Shown: positions 9,836-20,608, numbered from the stretch's first letter. The stretch is 64,000 bases of DNA from Methanothrix sp. (GCA_037128175.1 JBAXWY010000001.1:1-64000), one strand, 5' to 3'. The notes: generated from the letters alone by a model not told the origin. Translations and numbers: made by a program.

Positions 9836-11029
9836 CTAAAGGATCTCCGTCCGGAGATTCAGGAACTCGAACTCGAATTCTATTCCCTTGCGGGCAGTCT
9901 CTGCCTTATCTACGATCTTGCGGATATCCTTAACAGTGATGTCCCGGCCACCAAGGCCCGCCGTAAAGCCGATGATGGGCGTTCTGATTTTGCTGTTGTA
10001 GAAGGCTGCCTTAAGATCCGTAACCAGACCTGCTTCGCTTCCGATAGAGACATCCTTCTCAATAACCGCGATTACGCTGGCGTCTTTCAAGGCTTTACGC
10101 AGAGCTTGCACCGGGAAGGGTCGGTAGCTACGCACCTTGAGCAGGCCGACTTTCTTGCCTTCGGAGCGCATGGCATCTATGGCATCCTTGATGGTACCGA
10201 TGACCGAGCCCAAGGTAACTATTACTATCTCAGCGTCCTTTGCGTGGTAGCTGTCGATGAGCCCACCATAATACCTTCCAAAGGTCTCCTCGAATTCGCG
10301 AGCAACCTTTTCAATCTTATCCAGAGCCTTTAGCTGAGCCTCGAACTGCTGGTAGCGAAACTCCGTATAAGTGGAGGGATCGGCGAAGGCTCCAAAGGTC
10401 TTGGGGTTGGCCGGGTCCAGGATATTGGCAGGCTGGTAGGCGGGCAAAAACTCCCTGGCCTTTTCCTTGTCTAAAAGCTCTACCGGCTCATAGACGTGGG
10501 TTAAAACGAATCCATCCATGCAGACCATGATGGGTGTTCGAATCTCTTTGTCCTCGGCGATCTTGTAGGCCTGCAGCGTGGCGTCCACTGCTTCCTGGAC
10601 ATCCTCCACGTAAATTTGCAGCCAGCCCACATCGCGAGCGCCTATGGCATCTTGCTGATCGTTCCAGATGTTGAGCGGCGCGCCCAAGGCCCGGTTGGCG
10701 ACGTTCATGACTATAGGCAGCCTCATTCCGGAAACATTGTACAAAACCTCATACATCAGGGCCAGGCCCTGGCTCGTGGTCGAGGAGTAGCTTCTGGCAC
10801 CGGCCGCGCTTGAGCCGATTAAAACCGACAGGGCTGAGAACTCGGAATCCACCGTCAAAAATTCGCTGTCAAGCTCGCCATCCGCCACCATCTGGGAGAG
10901 GTTCTCCACGATGTGAGTCTGAGGCGTTATGGGATAGGCTGAGATCACATCCGGCCGGCAGCACATGACCGCGTGAGCCACCGCATAAGAGCCCTCTACC
11001 ACTTTCATATTAGCAGTCTTCTCGCTCAT
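9836..11029 (-). CDS. porA: Pyruvate:ferredoxin oxidoreductase alpha subunit
   Basis: AYPITPQT, SEFSA, TSQGLALM; ATG at 11029 overlaps porD stop (TGATG). Confidence 0.95.
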   Translation of the reverse strand: MSEKTANMKVVEGSYAVAHAVMCCRPDVISAYPITPQTHIVENLSQMVADGELDSEFLTVDSEFSALSVLIGSSAAGARSYSSTTSQGLALMYEVLYNVSGMRLPIVMNVANRALGAPLNIWNDQQDAIGARDVGWLQIYVEDVQEAVDATLQAYKIAEDKEIRTPIMVCMDGFVLTHVYEPVELLDKEKAREFLPAYQPANILDPANPKTFGAFADPSTYTEFRYQQFEAQLKALDKIEKVAREFEETFGRYYGGLIDSYHAKDAEIVIVTLGSVIGTIKDAIDAMRSEGKKVGLLKVRSYRPFPVQALRKALKDASVIAVIEKDVSIGSEAGLVTDLKAAFYNSKIRTPIIGFTAGLGGRDITVKDIRKIVDKAETARKGIEFEFEFLNLRTEIL

Positions 11030-11286
11030 CACTTCTCCTCCAAGACCATTTGTACCGCCATGCGTGGGCACTCGTTAGCGCACACGCTGCAGCCTTTGCA
11101 GTAGTCCAGGTCAGGGACAAAGAGCCCTTCTTCCTGGTGGATGCAGCCCTCGGGGCAGTAAATCTCGCAGAGGCTGCATTTTATGCATTTCTCATGATCG
11201 AATACGGGCACGAACGTTCGCCAGGCACCGGTCTTTGTCATGCGGGTGCTGCACGCTTCTACCAAACTTCCGGCTTTAATTGCCAT
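11029..11286 (-). CDS. porD: Pyruvate:ferredoxin oxidoreductase delta subunit
   Basis: TGAWR plus two CxxCxxCxxxCP ferredoxin motifs. Confidence 0.95.
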   Translation of the reverse strand: MAIKAGSLVEACSTRMTKTGAWRTFVPVFDHEKCIKCSLCEIYCPEGCIHQEEGLFVPDLDYCKGCSVCANECPRMAVQMVLEEK

Positions 11287-11822
11287 TAAGATACCCTCTC
11301 GAAGGCAGCTTTAATGGCGAGCAGGTTCTTCTTGCCAAGTTCCCCTTTAAAGCGTTCTGAAATAGCTTTGTTCATGCTCTCCAGCCCCACCTCTTTGCTC
11401 GCTCCGCAAAATGCTCCCAGCATGGTGGTGTTGACAATAGGCCGCTTTAGGATCTCCATAGCGATCTTGGTAGCGTCGATAGTGATGACCTCGGCATCTG
11501 TTTTAAGCTTGAGCGCCTCACGGGTCCGGTCGGTGTTTATTATTATCTTCCCGGTCGGTTTAAGTCCTGCTGCCACATCCACCACATCGAGCAAGGTTAC
11601 ATCCTGCACAATGACGTAATCCGGCTCATAGATCTGACTTCTGATCCTGATGGGCGTGTCGGCAATTCTGGCAAAGGCCATTACCGGCGCACCTCTCCGT
11701 TCTACTCCGAAGGCCGGAAATGCCTGAGAGAACCTTTTGTCCTCAAAAGCCGCAACGGCTATCATTTCGGCTGCAGTGACAGATCCCTGACCGCCACGAC
11801 CATGTAAGCGTATTTCTTTCAA
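11286..11822 (-). CDS. porC: Pyruvate:ferredoxin oxidoreductase gamma subunit
   Basis: [20 protein letters not shown]; TTG start with GGAGG RBS. Confidence 0.95.
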   Translation of the reverse strand: MKEIRLHGRGGQGSVTAAEMIAVAAFEDKRFSQAFPAFGVERRGAPVMAFARIADTPIRIRSQIYEPDYVIVQDVTLLDVVDVAAGLKPTGKIIINTDRTREALKLKTDAEVITIDATKIAMEILKRPIVNTTMLGAFCGASKEVGLESMNKAISERFKGELGKKNLLAIKAAFERVS

Positions 11823-11987
11823 GGGCTGACCTCCAATTATTAGCGAGCTGATCTACTCTTCTCCGCGAAAAAGTGATGAGTAAATATATCTCTTTCGGAG
11901 CCACGGCAAGTTCTTATGTATGATGCTCTTCTTACACCCCAGTTCATGCCGCCCGGGCACCAGGCTCTCGGCGTATGAGGATAGCCT

Positions 11988-12671
11988 ATGGATAACAGGA
12001 ATGAAATACTCTTTGCGGTCCGAGAAGCCAGGAAGTTCCTTGGAGAGGCAGCAGACTTTCGCGTCGCAGATGCTCTGGTCATCTTAGAGGGCATCGCGCC
12101 GTTCCTGAATAAGGAAGTTGTCATAGGGATGAAGTGCAAAAGCTGCGACAATTATGCAACGGCCACATTCCCTTTGAGCCGGGATTTCTGGGCGGTAGAT
12201 GACAGTGAATACTGCCATGCCAAGGATGCGTCCTTAAAAAACCTCACGGCATCTAAGCTGGCCGGCTGCCCCCAATACTCCTCTGTGGCTACCCAGGATC
12301 TGATCACTTTAGGCACGGTCATAATGGAAGAAGATCTGCGGCCTGCTTTCCAGGAGAGAAAGCTCTATGATCGGAGCAAATTTGCCAGCTACAGCGTAGC
12401 CTTTCGGCTGCAATCCTCGCAGGGAAAAACCTGCATCGAACTGGGGCATAGAACCGATGAAGGCTTTGCCTGCAGCGACATAAAGCTCCACATCTTAAGA
12501 AGGCTAGATCCCGGGTTTGGGGCAGTGGCCTCTCAGAAGATATCCGAGGCTATGAAGAGCAGTCCCATCATGGTGGTACAATCCAGTCTGCAGACCAGAA
12601 GACAACTGGATATAGACTACGTGCTGGAATGGATAGCTGAAAAGCGAAAGATGGATATAGTCTATCTCTAG
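11988..12671 (+). CDS. Hypothetical protein with possible metal-binding Cys motif
   Basis: 227-aa ORF filling the gap; CKSC...C...CPQY. Confidence 0.7.
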   Translation: MDNRNEILFAVREARKFLGEAADFRVADALVILEGIAPFLNKEVVIGMKCKSCDNYATATFPLSRDFWAVDDSEYCHAKDASLKNLTASKLAGCPQYSSVATQDLITLGTVIMEEDLRPAFQERKLYDRSKFASYSVAFRLQSSQGKTCIELGHRTDEGFACSDIKLHILRRLDPGFGAVASQKISEAMKSSPIMVVQSSLQTRRQLDIDYVLEWIAEKRKMDIVYL

Positions 12672-12704
12672 CTTTATTTCTAGATGATAATTGATGATTA
12701 AAGG

Positions 12705-14531
12705 ATGTTTTCGACAATGGCGCAACCGTTAGTGCCAGATACCAGCGTGGTAATTGATGGCAGAGTCTCTGCCAAGATTAAAGCCGGTGAGCTGCAGGGC
12801 CGCAGGATCGTTGTACCTGAAGCTGTGGTAGCCGAGCTGGAGGCTCAGGCCAACCACGGGCGAGATATTGGTCTTAGAGGATTGGAGGAGTTAAGGAAGC
12901 TCTCTGAACTTGCCAAGACGGGCAAGATCGAGCTGGAATATGTGGGCATCAGGCCCAATTTAGACCAGATCAAGCTCGCCGGTGGGGGAGAGATAGACGC
13001 CATGATTCGGGATGTAGCCCTGGAACTTGGCGCCTCCTTCCTTACCAGCGATCAGGTTCAGTTCCGGGTGGCTGAGGCTATGGGCCTGGACGTGGAGTAT
13101 GTCCGGCCGCAGCGCGAGCCTATCAAACCCTTATCCCTGGAGAAATACTTCACAGAGGATACTCTCTCCGTGCATCTCAAAGAGGGTGCCATCCCCATGG
13201 CCAAACGCGGCCATGTGGGAGACTTTTCCCTGGTTCGAATTGGAGAGAGGCCGCTATCGGAAAGGGAGCTAAGAGACCTCTCTCGCGAGATCTTCGAAAG
13301 GGCCAAGGCTGATCCGGAAGGCTATGTGGAGATGGAGAAGATTGGTGCCGCCGTAATTCAGATCGGGCCCATGAGAATCGCCATAGCCAAGCCCCCGTTC
13401 TCGGACGGTCTGGAGATAACGGCCGTGCGACCGGTGGCCAAGGTGAGCTTTGACTCTTACCGGCATAGCAGCATGCTAAAAGAGAGGCTGAAGGAGAGTC
13501 AGAGAGGCATTCTCATCGCCGGTCCGCCCGGATCGGGAAAGTCCACCTTTGCCGCAGGAGTTGCCGAGTATCTCTTAAGCTGCAACTATGTGGTCAAGAC
13601 CCTGGAGTCTCCTCGCGATCTGCAAGTTCCCCCGGAGATCACCCAGTACGGGCCGCTGGAAGGCAGCATGGAAGCCTCGGCTGATATTTTGCTCCTGGTC
13701 AGGCCCGACTACACCATCTACGACGAGGTGCGAAAGACGCGCGACTTCCAGGTCTTCGCAGATATGCGTCTGGCAGGCGTGGGCATGATCGGCGTGGTGC
13801 ATGCCAACAAGCCCATCGATGCCTTGCAGCGTCTTCTCGGTCGCGTGGACATGGGCATGATCCCCCAGGTGGTAGACACGGTGGTCTTCATCGAGAAGGG
13901 CGAGGTCACCCATGTCCTGGATGTGGAGTTCGTGGTCAAGGTTCCCGCCGGCATGGTGGAAGCGGACCTGGCCCGGCCGGTGATTGTGGTCAAGGACTTT
14001 GAGACGGGCCAGGCGGAGTATGAGCTATACTCCTATGGCGAGCAGATTGTGGTCATGCCCGTGTCCAAGGAGAGTCGCAAGCCCTCTCCATCCTGGAGAC
14101 TGGCCAGTCGCGAGATTGAGAAGGAGATAGCGCATCATGTGCGTGGCCCTTTCCAGGTGGAGATGCTCACCGACTCATCTGCGGTCATCCACGTTCCCCA
14201 GGATGAGGCGGCAAGAGTGATAGGCAAGGCCGGCAAGAACATCGATCAGATCGAGAAGAACCTGGGACTGCACATCGACGTGCGCACTCAGGATGCGCCC
14301 GTCCTGGCAATGCCCAAGGTGGAGGAGACGGCCAAGCATCTCATCATCTGGCTGGATGGCATGGCCGGAGAGTCGGTGGAGGTCTTCGTAGGCGTAGAGC
14401 CGATCTTCACGGCCACCGTGGGCCGCAGAGGAGATATCCGGGTGGCCAAGTCCTCGGAGATGGCCAAACGCATCATCAAGCGCATGAAGACGGGAGAGAA
14501 GATCGAGGTGCAAAAGGCAAGCTCTGAATGA
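12705..14531 (+). CDS. PINA-type ATPase (PIN + PilT-like ATPase + KH)
   Basis: PDTSVVIDG PIN start, Walker A GPPGSGKST, VRPDYTIYDE, KH motif IGKAGKNI. Confidence 0.92.
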   Translation: MFSTMAQPLVPDTSVVIDGRVSAKIKAGELQGRRIVVPEAVVAELEAQANHGRDIGLRGLEELRKLSELAKTGKIELEYVGIRPNLDQIKLAGGGEIDAMIRDVALELGASFLTSDQVQFRVAEAMGLDVEYVRPQREPIKPLSLEKYFTEDTLSVHLKEGAIPMAKRGHVGDFSLVRIGERPLSERELRDLSREIFERAKADPEGYVEMEKIGAAVIQIGPMRIAIAKPPFSDGLEITAVRPVAKVSFDSYRHSSMLKERLKESQRGILIAGPPGSGKSTFAAGVAEYLLSCNYVVKTLESPRDLQVPPEITQYGPLEGSMEASADILLLVRPDYTIYDEVRKTRDFQVFADMRLAGVGMIGVVHANKPIDALQRLLGRVDMGMIPQVVDTVVFIEKGEVTHVLDVEFVVKVPAGMVEADLARPVIVVKDFETGQAEYELYSYGEQIVVMPVSKESRKPSPSWRLASREIEKEIAHHVRGPFQVEMLTDSSAVIHVPQDEAARVIGKAGKNIDQIEKNLGLHIDVRTQDAPVLAMPKVEETAKHLIIWLDGMAGESVEVFVGVEPIFTATVGRRGDIRVAKSSEMAKRIIKRMKTGEKIEVQKASSE

Positions 14532-14628
14532 GCCTGCTATTGACTTAATGATCAACTCTTTATGTTTTATTTTTTTTTTTCTCTGTTTTTGCAAGTGCAT
14601 TATTATCGGACTTAATGGGAGGCAAAAA

Positions 14629-15180
14629 ATGAAATATACTAATATCAAATATCTGGCCAGCATTTTGATGCTTATTTTCCTGGCAGCCTGCGTTGCTGCA
14701 CAAGATGATCCTTTGAATCCAATGCAGGACATAAAAAAGACCATGGGGGATGAACTCTTCAGCCCGAATCAGCAAGACCAGTTAGGCAATGCCACGCCGG
14801 TGATAATGGGAAAGAATCTGCCGCCCGGCTCTATTGCAAACTCAGAGCCCTCCCAGCCCAAGGCGAGGCTCCTCAGTCCCACCAGTACCTGGAGCCTGAA
14901 TCTGCTGGACAGCCTGGAGCGATCTGTCGCTTTAGAGATGTACCAGTCTAATGATGTCGTTTTCGGCAAGGGCACAATTGTCGTGGGAAGCAGCTTTCAA
15001 AATGCCACGGCAACCGGGACCGTCACCGGGAACAAGCTGAATTTAGACGTCCTCTCCGACGACCTAACGCTCTTCCACCTTTCTCTGACCATGAACGGCA
15101 AATCCCTGTCAGGCGACTATCATGGCTACAGTGTCAGATATGTGCCCTGGAAAGGAATCGCTATGGGAAAGATCAACTAA
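14629..15180 (+). CDS. Secreted hypothetical protein with C-terminal beta-rich domain
   Basis: GGAGG RBS before ATG 14629; signal peptide; paralogous to next gene. Confidence 0.8.
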   Translation: MKYTNIKYLASILMLIFLAACVAAQDDPLNPMQDIKKTMGDELFSPNQQDQLGNATPVIMGKNLPPGSIANSEPSQPKARLLSPTSTWSLNLLDSLERSVALEMYQSNDVVFGKGTIVVGSSFQNATATGTVTGNKLNLDVLSDDLTLFHLSLTMNGKSLSGDYHGYSVRYVPWKGIAMGKIN

Positions 15181-15361
15181 ATAATAATCCATTTTTTAAG
15201 ATAATACAACGTTGTTTGTCGTACAACCATTAAGCTTATCAACTAATAAACTGCATGGCAATGCGAATGGCGGCAGAATGGAACATAAGCCAGGTCAACC
15301 CGACCGGAAAGCATCCATTCATGAGGACTAGAAAAACCATTCCTAAGAAGGTCGATATGTC

Positions 15362-16057
15362 ATGAGATTTAAAATTCTAATATTATCATCATTGCTTTTC
15401 ATTGCCTTCCTGGCTGTGACGGCTCTTTGCGTCGATTGGAGTAATCCTAGTTACAACGCAGATGAAATGATAAGCGCTGAAGGGGTAACAGTATATAAGA
15501 ATCCATCAGGCTTTGCACCGACACCCCAGGCACAAAGAGATCTCGATAAAAATAAGAGTTCACTGGACTGGACCATGCCCAGCACATTAACTGGTGGCGG
15601 GGCCAGCGCCAAGTCATCCAGAACTCAAGCGGAGGCGTCCAGCGAAGTAGCAGTAGCCAGTACTGCGGCAGAACAGGCAGAACCCGCCGCGAACACATCC
15701 AATGCCACAGATACTGAGCTGCCTCCCGTCCAGCCGGAAGTAGCAAATGCTGGCGGAAGCTGGTATTTTACCCTGAACGATAGCGTTGAGAGGGATCTGA
15801 ACCTGGCCATCTTCCAAAAGGGAAATGATGTATTTGGAGCCGGCAAGATCAAAGAGGGCAACAACACCCAGGATGTGACGGTATCGGGAGCCGTTGCCGA
15901 TGCAACCCTGGAGCTGAATCTGGTCACTTCTAATCCCATCGTCCAATACAAGCTCAATCTCGAGCTGAGCGGAGACTATGCCACGGGAGAGTACCTGGCA
16001 TTTTCCACGAGCGGCGACTCCTGGACAGGAAGCGCCGAGGGCGAGAAGACGGCTTAG
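15362..16057 (+). CDS. Secreted hypothetical protein, paralogue of 14629..15180
   Basis: Signal peptide, Ala/Ser/Thr-rich linker, shared W-x-x-x-L-x-DS...FGxG domain. Confidence 0.82.
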   Translation: MRFKILILSSLLFIAFLAVTALCVDWSNPSYNADEMISAEGVTVYKNPSGFAPTPQAQRDLDKNKSSLDWTMPSTLTGGGASAKSSRTQAEASSEVAVASTAAEQAEPAANTSNATDTELPPVQPEVANAGGSWYFTLNDSVERDLNLAIFQKGNDVFGAGKIKEGNNTQDVTVSGAVADATLELNLVTSNPIVQYKLNLELSGDYATGEYLAFSTSGDSWTGSAEGEKTA

Positions 16058-16064
16058 GGCAAAT

Positions 16065-16110
16065 CAAGTGCAGGGAAACCGGCACTTGTGTAACTATTTT
16101 TAATATTTTT
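16065..16110 (+). terminator. Hairpin followed by T-rich tract
   Basis: CAAGTGC...GCACTTG then TATTTTTAATATTTTT just after the stop codon. Confidence 0.45.
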
Positions 16111-16227
16111 ATTGAATTGAATTGAGCGATTTTGTTATTTGTGGTTGGAAAATCGTAAGGCATGCAAAGAGACGGCAAGCACGCACCGAAAGCGATATGA
16201 TAAGAGAAGCACGAGCATAAGCGGATT

Positions 16228-18900
16228 ATGTCCAAGCTATCTCCCCTCATGGAGCAGTATTACCGGGAAAAAAAACTGTACCCGGATACATTGCTGCTAT
16301 TTCGGGTGGGCGACTTTTACGAGACCTTTGCCGAGGATGCCGTAGTCGTCGCCCGCGACCTGAACATCACCCTTACCTCCCGCCAAAAGGACGATGAGGG
16401 CAATAAGATTCCTCTAGCAGGTGTGCCCTACCATGCCCTGGAGGTCTACCTGGCCAAGCTCATCCGGGCCGGGCACAAGGTGGCCATCTGCGATCAGGTG
16501 GAAGACCCAAGGCTTGCCAAGGGTCTCGTGAAAAGGGAGATCACTCGTGTGGTGACACCAGGCACCATCATTGAGCAGGCATTGCTTGACGAGTCCTGCA
16601 ACAATTTTCTCGCCTCCGTAGTGCAAGATGGAGACAGGATGGGGCTGGCTTTTGTGGACGTCTCCACTGGAGAGTTCCTGACCACGGAGATTGCCAGAGA
16701 GCGGCTGACTGCCGAGCTGGCCAAGTTTCGACCGGCGGAGTGCATTGCGTCCTTTCCCATTGACTGGCAGGGCAGCAGCCTGCAGATCCTGGATGAGGCG
16801 GCCTTCTCAGTGGAGAGCACATCCGCGGCCCTGGTGAATCGCTTTGGCCCCGACTGGAGGGTGCAGCAGCACCTGGCCGACAAGCCCCTTTCAGCGCGCG
16901 CCTGTGGAGCCGTTCTCACCTATCTGCACGCCGCTCACTTCGACGCACTGGGACACCTGCATGACATTCGTATCTACAGCGCCGCCGAGTTCATGGTTTT
17001 GGATGAAGTCACCTTACGAAATTTAGAGATCTTGAGGAACATCCGGGACCGCTCCAGGCGAGGAACGCTCCTGGAGTTCCTGTCCCGGACAAAGACGGCC
17101 ATGGGCGCACGCACCCTGGCCCGCTGGATTCAGATGCCACTGCTTTCAGAGGAAGCGATTACCAGAAGGCATTTTGCAGTAGAAGAGCTGAACAATAATT
17201 CCGTACTGCGGGAAAGCCTGACCGAAGAACTGAAGGGCGTGTGTGATCTGGAGAGGCTGATGAGCCGGGTCTCCTGCGATTCTGCCAGTCCCAAAGAGCT
17301 GGTGGTACTGAAAAGCACTCTGGCGAGACTGCCTGTAATGCAAGGGATCCTGGAAAATGCCGTCGCTCCCTATTTGGTCGAGCTTCAAAGCCTGCTTGGC
17401 CCCTGTGAAGATATCGTCTCTCTCCTGGAAAGATCGATAGTTGAAGATCCGCCCACCCACCTAAGAGAGGGGGGCGTGATCAAAGACGGCTTTAACACCG
17501 AGATCGACCAGCTCCACTCCCTCTTGCGGGACGGGCGGGGCTGGATGGCCCGCCTGGAAGCAACGGAACGAGAGAAGACCGGCATCAAGTCCCTCAAGAT
17601 ATCTTACAACAACGTCTTTGGCTATTATCTGGAGATCTCCCGAGCCAACCTGCATCTTGTGCCGCAGGATTACATCCGCAAGCAGACCCTTGCCAACGCG
17701 GAGCGTTTCATCACCCCAGAGCTAAAAGAGATGGAATCCAAGGTTCTGTCGGCCCAGGAGAGGTCCATATCTCTCGAGCAGGAGATCTTTGCCGGCCTGT
17801 GCAAAAAGATAGCATCTGAGGCGCGCACCGTCCAGGAGAGAGCCGCGGCCCTGGCAAAGCTGGATGTACTTGTGGCTCTTGCCAATGTTGCTGCGGAAAG
17901 CGGCCTGGTGAGACCACAGTTCAACAGGGATGGTAAACTGTTCCTGCGCGGCGCAAAGCATCCCGTCCTGGACAAGGCCATGCGAGGCGGCTTTGTGCCC
18001 AACGATGTGCTCCTGGATAATGATCATAACCGGTTCATCATTCTCACCGGTCCCAACATGGCCGGAAAATCCACCTTCATGCGCCAAATCGCGCTATGCG
18101 CCATCATGGCCCAGGCAGGCTCCTTTGTGCCGGCGGCCTATGCCTCGCTCTCCCTGGTGGACCGCATCTTCACCCGCGTGGGAGCTTACGATGATCTATC
18201 AGCCGGCCAGAGCACCTTCATGGTGGAGATGACGGAGATTGCCACCATTCTAGGCGCGGCCAGCAAAGACAGCCTGGTCTTGCTCGACGAGGTGGGGCGC
18301 GGCACCAGCACCTTTGACGGACTCTCTTTGGCCTGGGCCATATCCGAGTATCTGCACAGCAACATCAAATGCAAATGCGTCTTTGCCACCCACTACCACC
18401 AGCTGACGCAGCTGGAAGGCATCCTGCCGGGAGTGAAAAACTACAGCATCGCCGTAAAAGAGGAGAAAGGGACCATCACCTTCCTGCGCACCGTGGTGCC
18501 GGGAGCCACAGACAAGAGCTACGGCGTGCATGTGGCCCGCCTGGCCGGAGTGCCCGAGGCCGTGACCAGGCGGGCGGACCAGATCCTGAAGGAGATCGAG
18601 AAAGAGGCGGTAATTGAGCCCCTTTCCGGTAATAAAAAACTCCGGAAATCCTCCCAGTACACCCAGCTCATATTCTTCGATGCGCCCGCACCAGACGGAA
18701 AAGAAGCGGAGGGAAAAACGGAAATGATACTCAGGCCCCAGAAGGATGATGTGATCATGCAAGATATCCTGGCCTTGAACATCGATTCCCTGACGCCCAT
18801 CCAGGCGCTGAGCTGTCTAGCCGAATACCAGAAGAGGTTGGGCGAGAGACGTAACGAGAGACAGGGCAGGAGCAGAGGTGAGAGCGATGGCCAGGATTAA
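16228..18900 (+). CDS. mutS: DNA mismatch repair protein MutS (MutS1)
   Basis: GDFYE mismatch-binding motif, TGPNMAGKST, DEVGRGTST, FATHYH. Confidence 0.98.
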   Translation: MSKLSPLMEQYYREKKLYPDTLLLFRVGDFYETFAEDAVVVARDLNITLTSRQKDDEGNKIPLAGVPYHALEVYLAKLIRAGHKVAICDQVEDPRLAKGLVKREITRVVTPGTIIEQALLDESCNNFLASVVQDGDRMGLAFVDVSTGEFLTTEIARERLTAELAKFRPAECIASFPIDWQGSSLQILDEAAFSVESTSAALVNRFGPDWRVQQHLADKPLSARACGAVLTYLHAAHFDALGHLHDIRIYSAAEFMVLDEVTLRNLEILRNIRDRSRRGTLLEFLSRTKTAMGARTLARWIQMPLLSEEAITRRHFAVEELNNNSVLRESLTEELKGVCDLERLMSRVSCDSASPKELVVLKSTLARLPVMQGILENAVAPYLVELQSLLGPCEDIVSLLERSIVEDPPTHLREGGVIKDGFNTEIDQLHSLLRDGRGWMARLEATEREKTGIKSLKISYNNVFGYYLEISRANLHLVPQDYIRKQTLANAERFITPELKEMESKVLSAQERSISLEQEIFAGLCKKIASEARTVQERAAALAKLDVLVALANVAAESGLVRPQFNRDGKLFLRGAKHPVLDKAMRGGFVPNDVLLDNDHNRFIILTGPNMAGKSTFMRQIALCAIMAQAGSFVPAAYASLSLVDRIFTRVGAYDDLSAGQSTFMVEMTEIATILGAASKDSLVLLDEVGRGTSTFDGLSLAWAISEYLHSNIKCKCVFATHYHQLTQLEGILPGVKNYSIAVKEEKGTITFLRTVVPGATDKSYGVHVARLAGVPEAVTRRADQILKEIEKEAVIEPLSGNKKLRKSSQYTQLIFFDAPAPDGKEAEGKTEMILRPQKDDVIMQDILALNIDSLTPIQALSCLAEYQKRLGERRNERQGRSRGESDGQD

Positions 18901-20608
18901 ACTTCTTGATGCAGATACCATCAACAAGATCGCCGCCGGAGAGGTCATCGAGCGGCCCGCTTCCGTGGTCAAGGAGCTGGTGGAAAACTCCATAGACGCC
19001 GGAGCCGGCAAGGTGCTAATTGAGCTTGGGGACGGCGGAAAGAGCTTCATCAAGATAACCGATGACGGCTGCGGCATCGATTCCCAGGATCTGCCCCTGG
19101 CCTTTCAAAAGCATGCCACCTCCAAGATCAGCGAAGCCAAGGACCTGGAGAATATTGCCACATTGGGCTTCCGGGGCGAGGCCCTGGCCAGCATCGCCAG
19201 CGTCTCTCGGAGCGTCGAGGTAAAAACCAAGACGAAAGGGTCGCTCTCCGGCACCTACCAACGCACTGAGGGCGGCAAGATTGTAGAAACAAAAGAGGTC
19301 GGTTCACCAGTGGGCACCACCATCACTGTGTGGGACCTCTTCTACAATGTTCCGGCCAGAAAAAAGCACCTCAAAGGGGTGGAAGCGGAAACCGTGCACA
19401 TCACAGACATGGTCACCGAGCTGGCCATCATCCACTACGACATCTCTTTTGAGCTATTCTCCGGCAAACGCACCATCTTCAAATCGATAAAATCGTCAAG
19501 CTGGGACGATGTGCTCTTTCGCCTCTTCGGCCTGAAGACTTTGAAAGGATTGTCCCGGCTGGAGGAGCCGGGCCGGGGCTGGACCCTCACCGGCGTCATT
19601 GGAGATCCTCTGGCGGTACGAAGCAGCACGGATCGGATATTCATCTTCGTCAACGGAAGAGCGGTGTCTTCCCGAACTCTTTCGGCGGCACTGCGAGAGG
19701 CTTACCGGAACATCATCCCCCTGGGAAAGAGCCCGGTGGCCGTCATCTCCCTGCAAATAAGTCCTGAGCTTGTAGACGTGAACGTTCACCCCGCCAAAAG
19801 AGAGATCCGCCTCTTACATGAGCAGGAGATCGCCTCGGCACTCACCCGGGCCGCGGCCAGAGCTTTGGAAGAGCATGCTCGCTGCGTACCGGCGGGGATC
19901 TCGGGGGGGATGTCGGATGGAATGACAACCTGGGGGCCGACAACCCCGGTCAGTCAGTCCACCATAGCAGAAAACTGCGAGCAGAGTACTCTTCCTCTGA
20001 GCGAGGCGAAGGAGATGCCGAAGACACAGCCGCGTCCAAATCTTCGCATCCTGGGCCAGATCAAGAAGCTTTACATCGTGGCGGAAAGCGAGGACGGGCT
20101 GGTGCTCATCGACCAACACGCAGCTGCAGAGCGCATCCGTTTCGAGATGCTGCAAGAACGCTACAAGAGCAAAAAGATCCGCCAGGAGCTGGCAGAGCCC
20201 ATCTCCCTGGAAATGTCTCCCAGCGAGATGATCATGATGGCCTCCTGGCAGGAGACGCTGCAAGACATTGGCTTTGAAGTCTCGCCCTTTGGGGGAAACT
20301 CCTACACGGTCAGAGCCGTTCCGGCGCTGGGCCGCCGGCTGGAGAGCGCCGAGGCAGTGCACGACATCTTAAGAGATCTTTTTTCAGAGGGAAAAGTCAG
20401 CCCTGCTTCGACCAACAAAGATGAGATACTCAAGCTCCTGGCCTGCCGGGGATCCATAAAATCAGGAAAAGAGCTTACATTTGCTGAAATGAGAAAGCTT
20501 GTTGAAGATCTCCACAACTGCAATAATCCCCTCACCTGCCCGCACGGAAGGCCGGTGGTGGTAACAATAGATCAGAATCAATTAGAAAGGCTCTTCGCAA
20601 GGAGATGA
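18887..20608 (+). CDS. mutL: DNA mismatch repair protein MutL with endonuclease motif
   Basis: IAAGEVIERP, GFRGEAL, DQHAAAERIRFE, CPHGRP. Confidence 0.98.
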   Translation: MARIKLLDADTINKIAAGEVIERPASVVKELVENSIDAGAGKVLIELGDGGKSFIKITDDGCGIDSQDLPLAFQKHATSKISEAKDLENIATLGFRGEALASIASVSRSVEVKTKTKGSLSGTYQRTEGGKIVETKEVGSPVGTTITVWDLFYNVPARKKHLKGVEAETVHITDMVTELAIIHYDISFELFSGKRTIFKSIKSSSWDDVLFRLFGLKTLKGLSRLEEPGRGWTLTGVIGDPLAVRSSTDRIFIFVNGRAVSSRTLSAALREAYRNIIPLGKSPVAVISLQISPELVDVNVHPAKREIRLLHEQEIASALTRAAARALEEHARCVPAGISGGMSDGMTTWGPTTPVSQSTIAENCEQSTLPLSEAKEMPKTQPRPNLRILGQIKKLYIVAESEDGLVLIDQHAAAERIRFEMLQERYKSKKIRQELAEPISLEMSPSEMIMMASWQETLQDIGFEVSPFGGNSYTVRAVPALGRRLESAEAVHDILRDLFSEGKVSPASTNKDEILKLLACRGSIKSGKELTFAEMRKLVEDLHNCNNPLTCPHGRPVVVTIDQNQLERLFARR

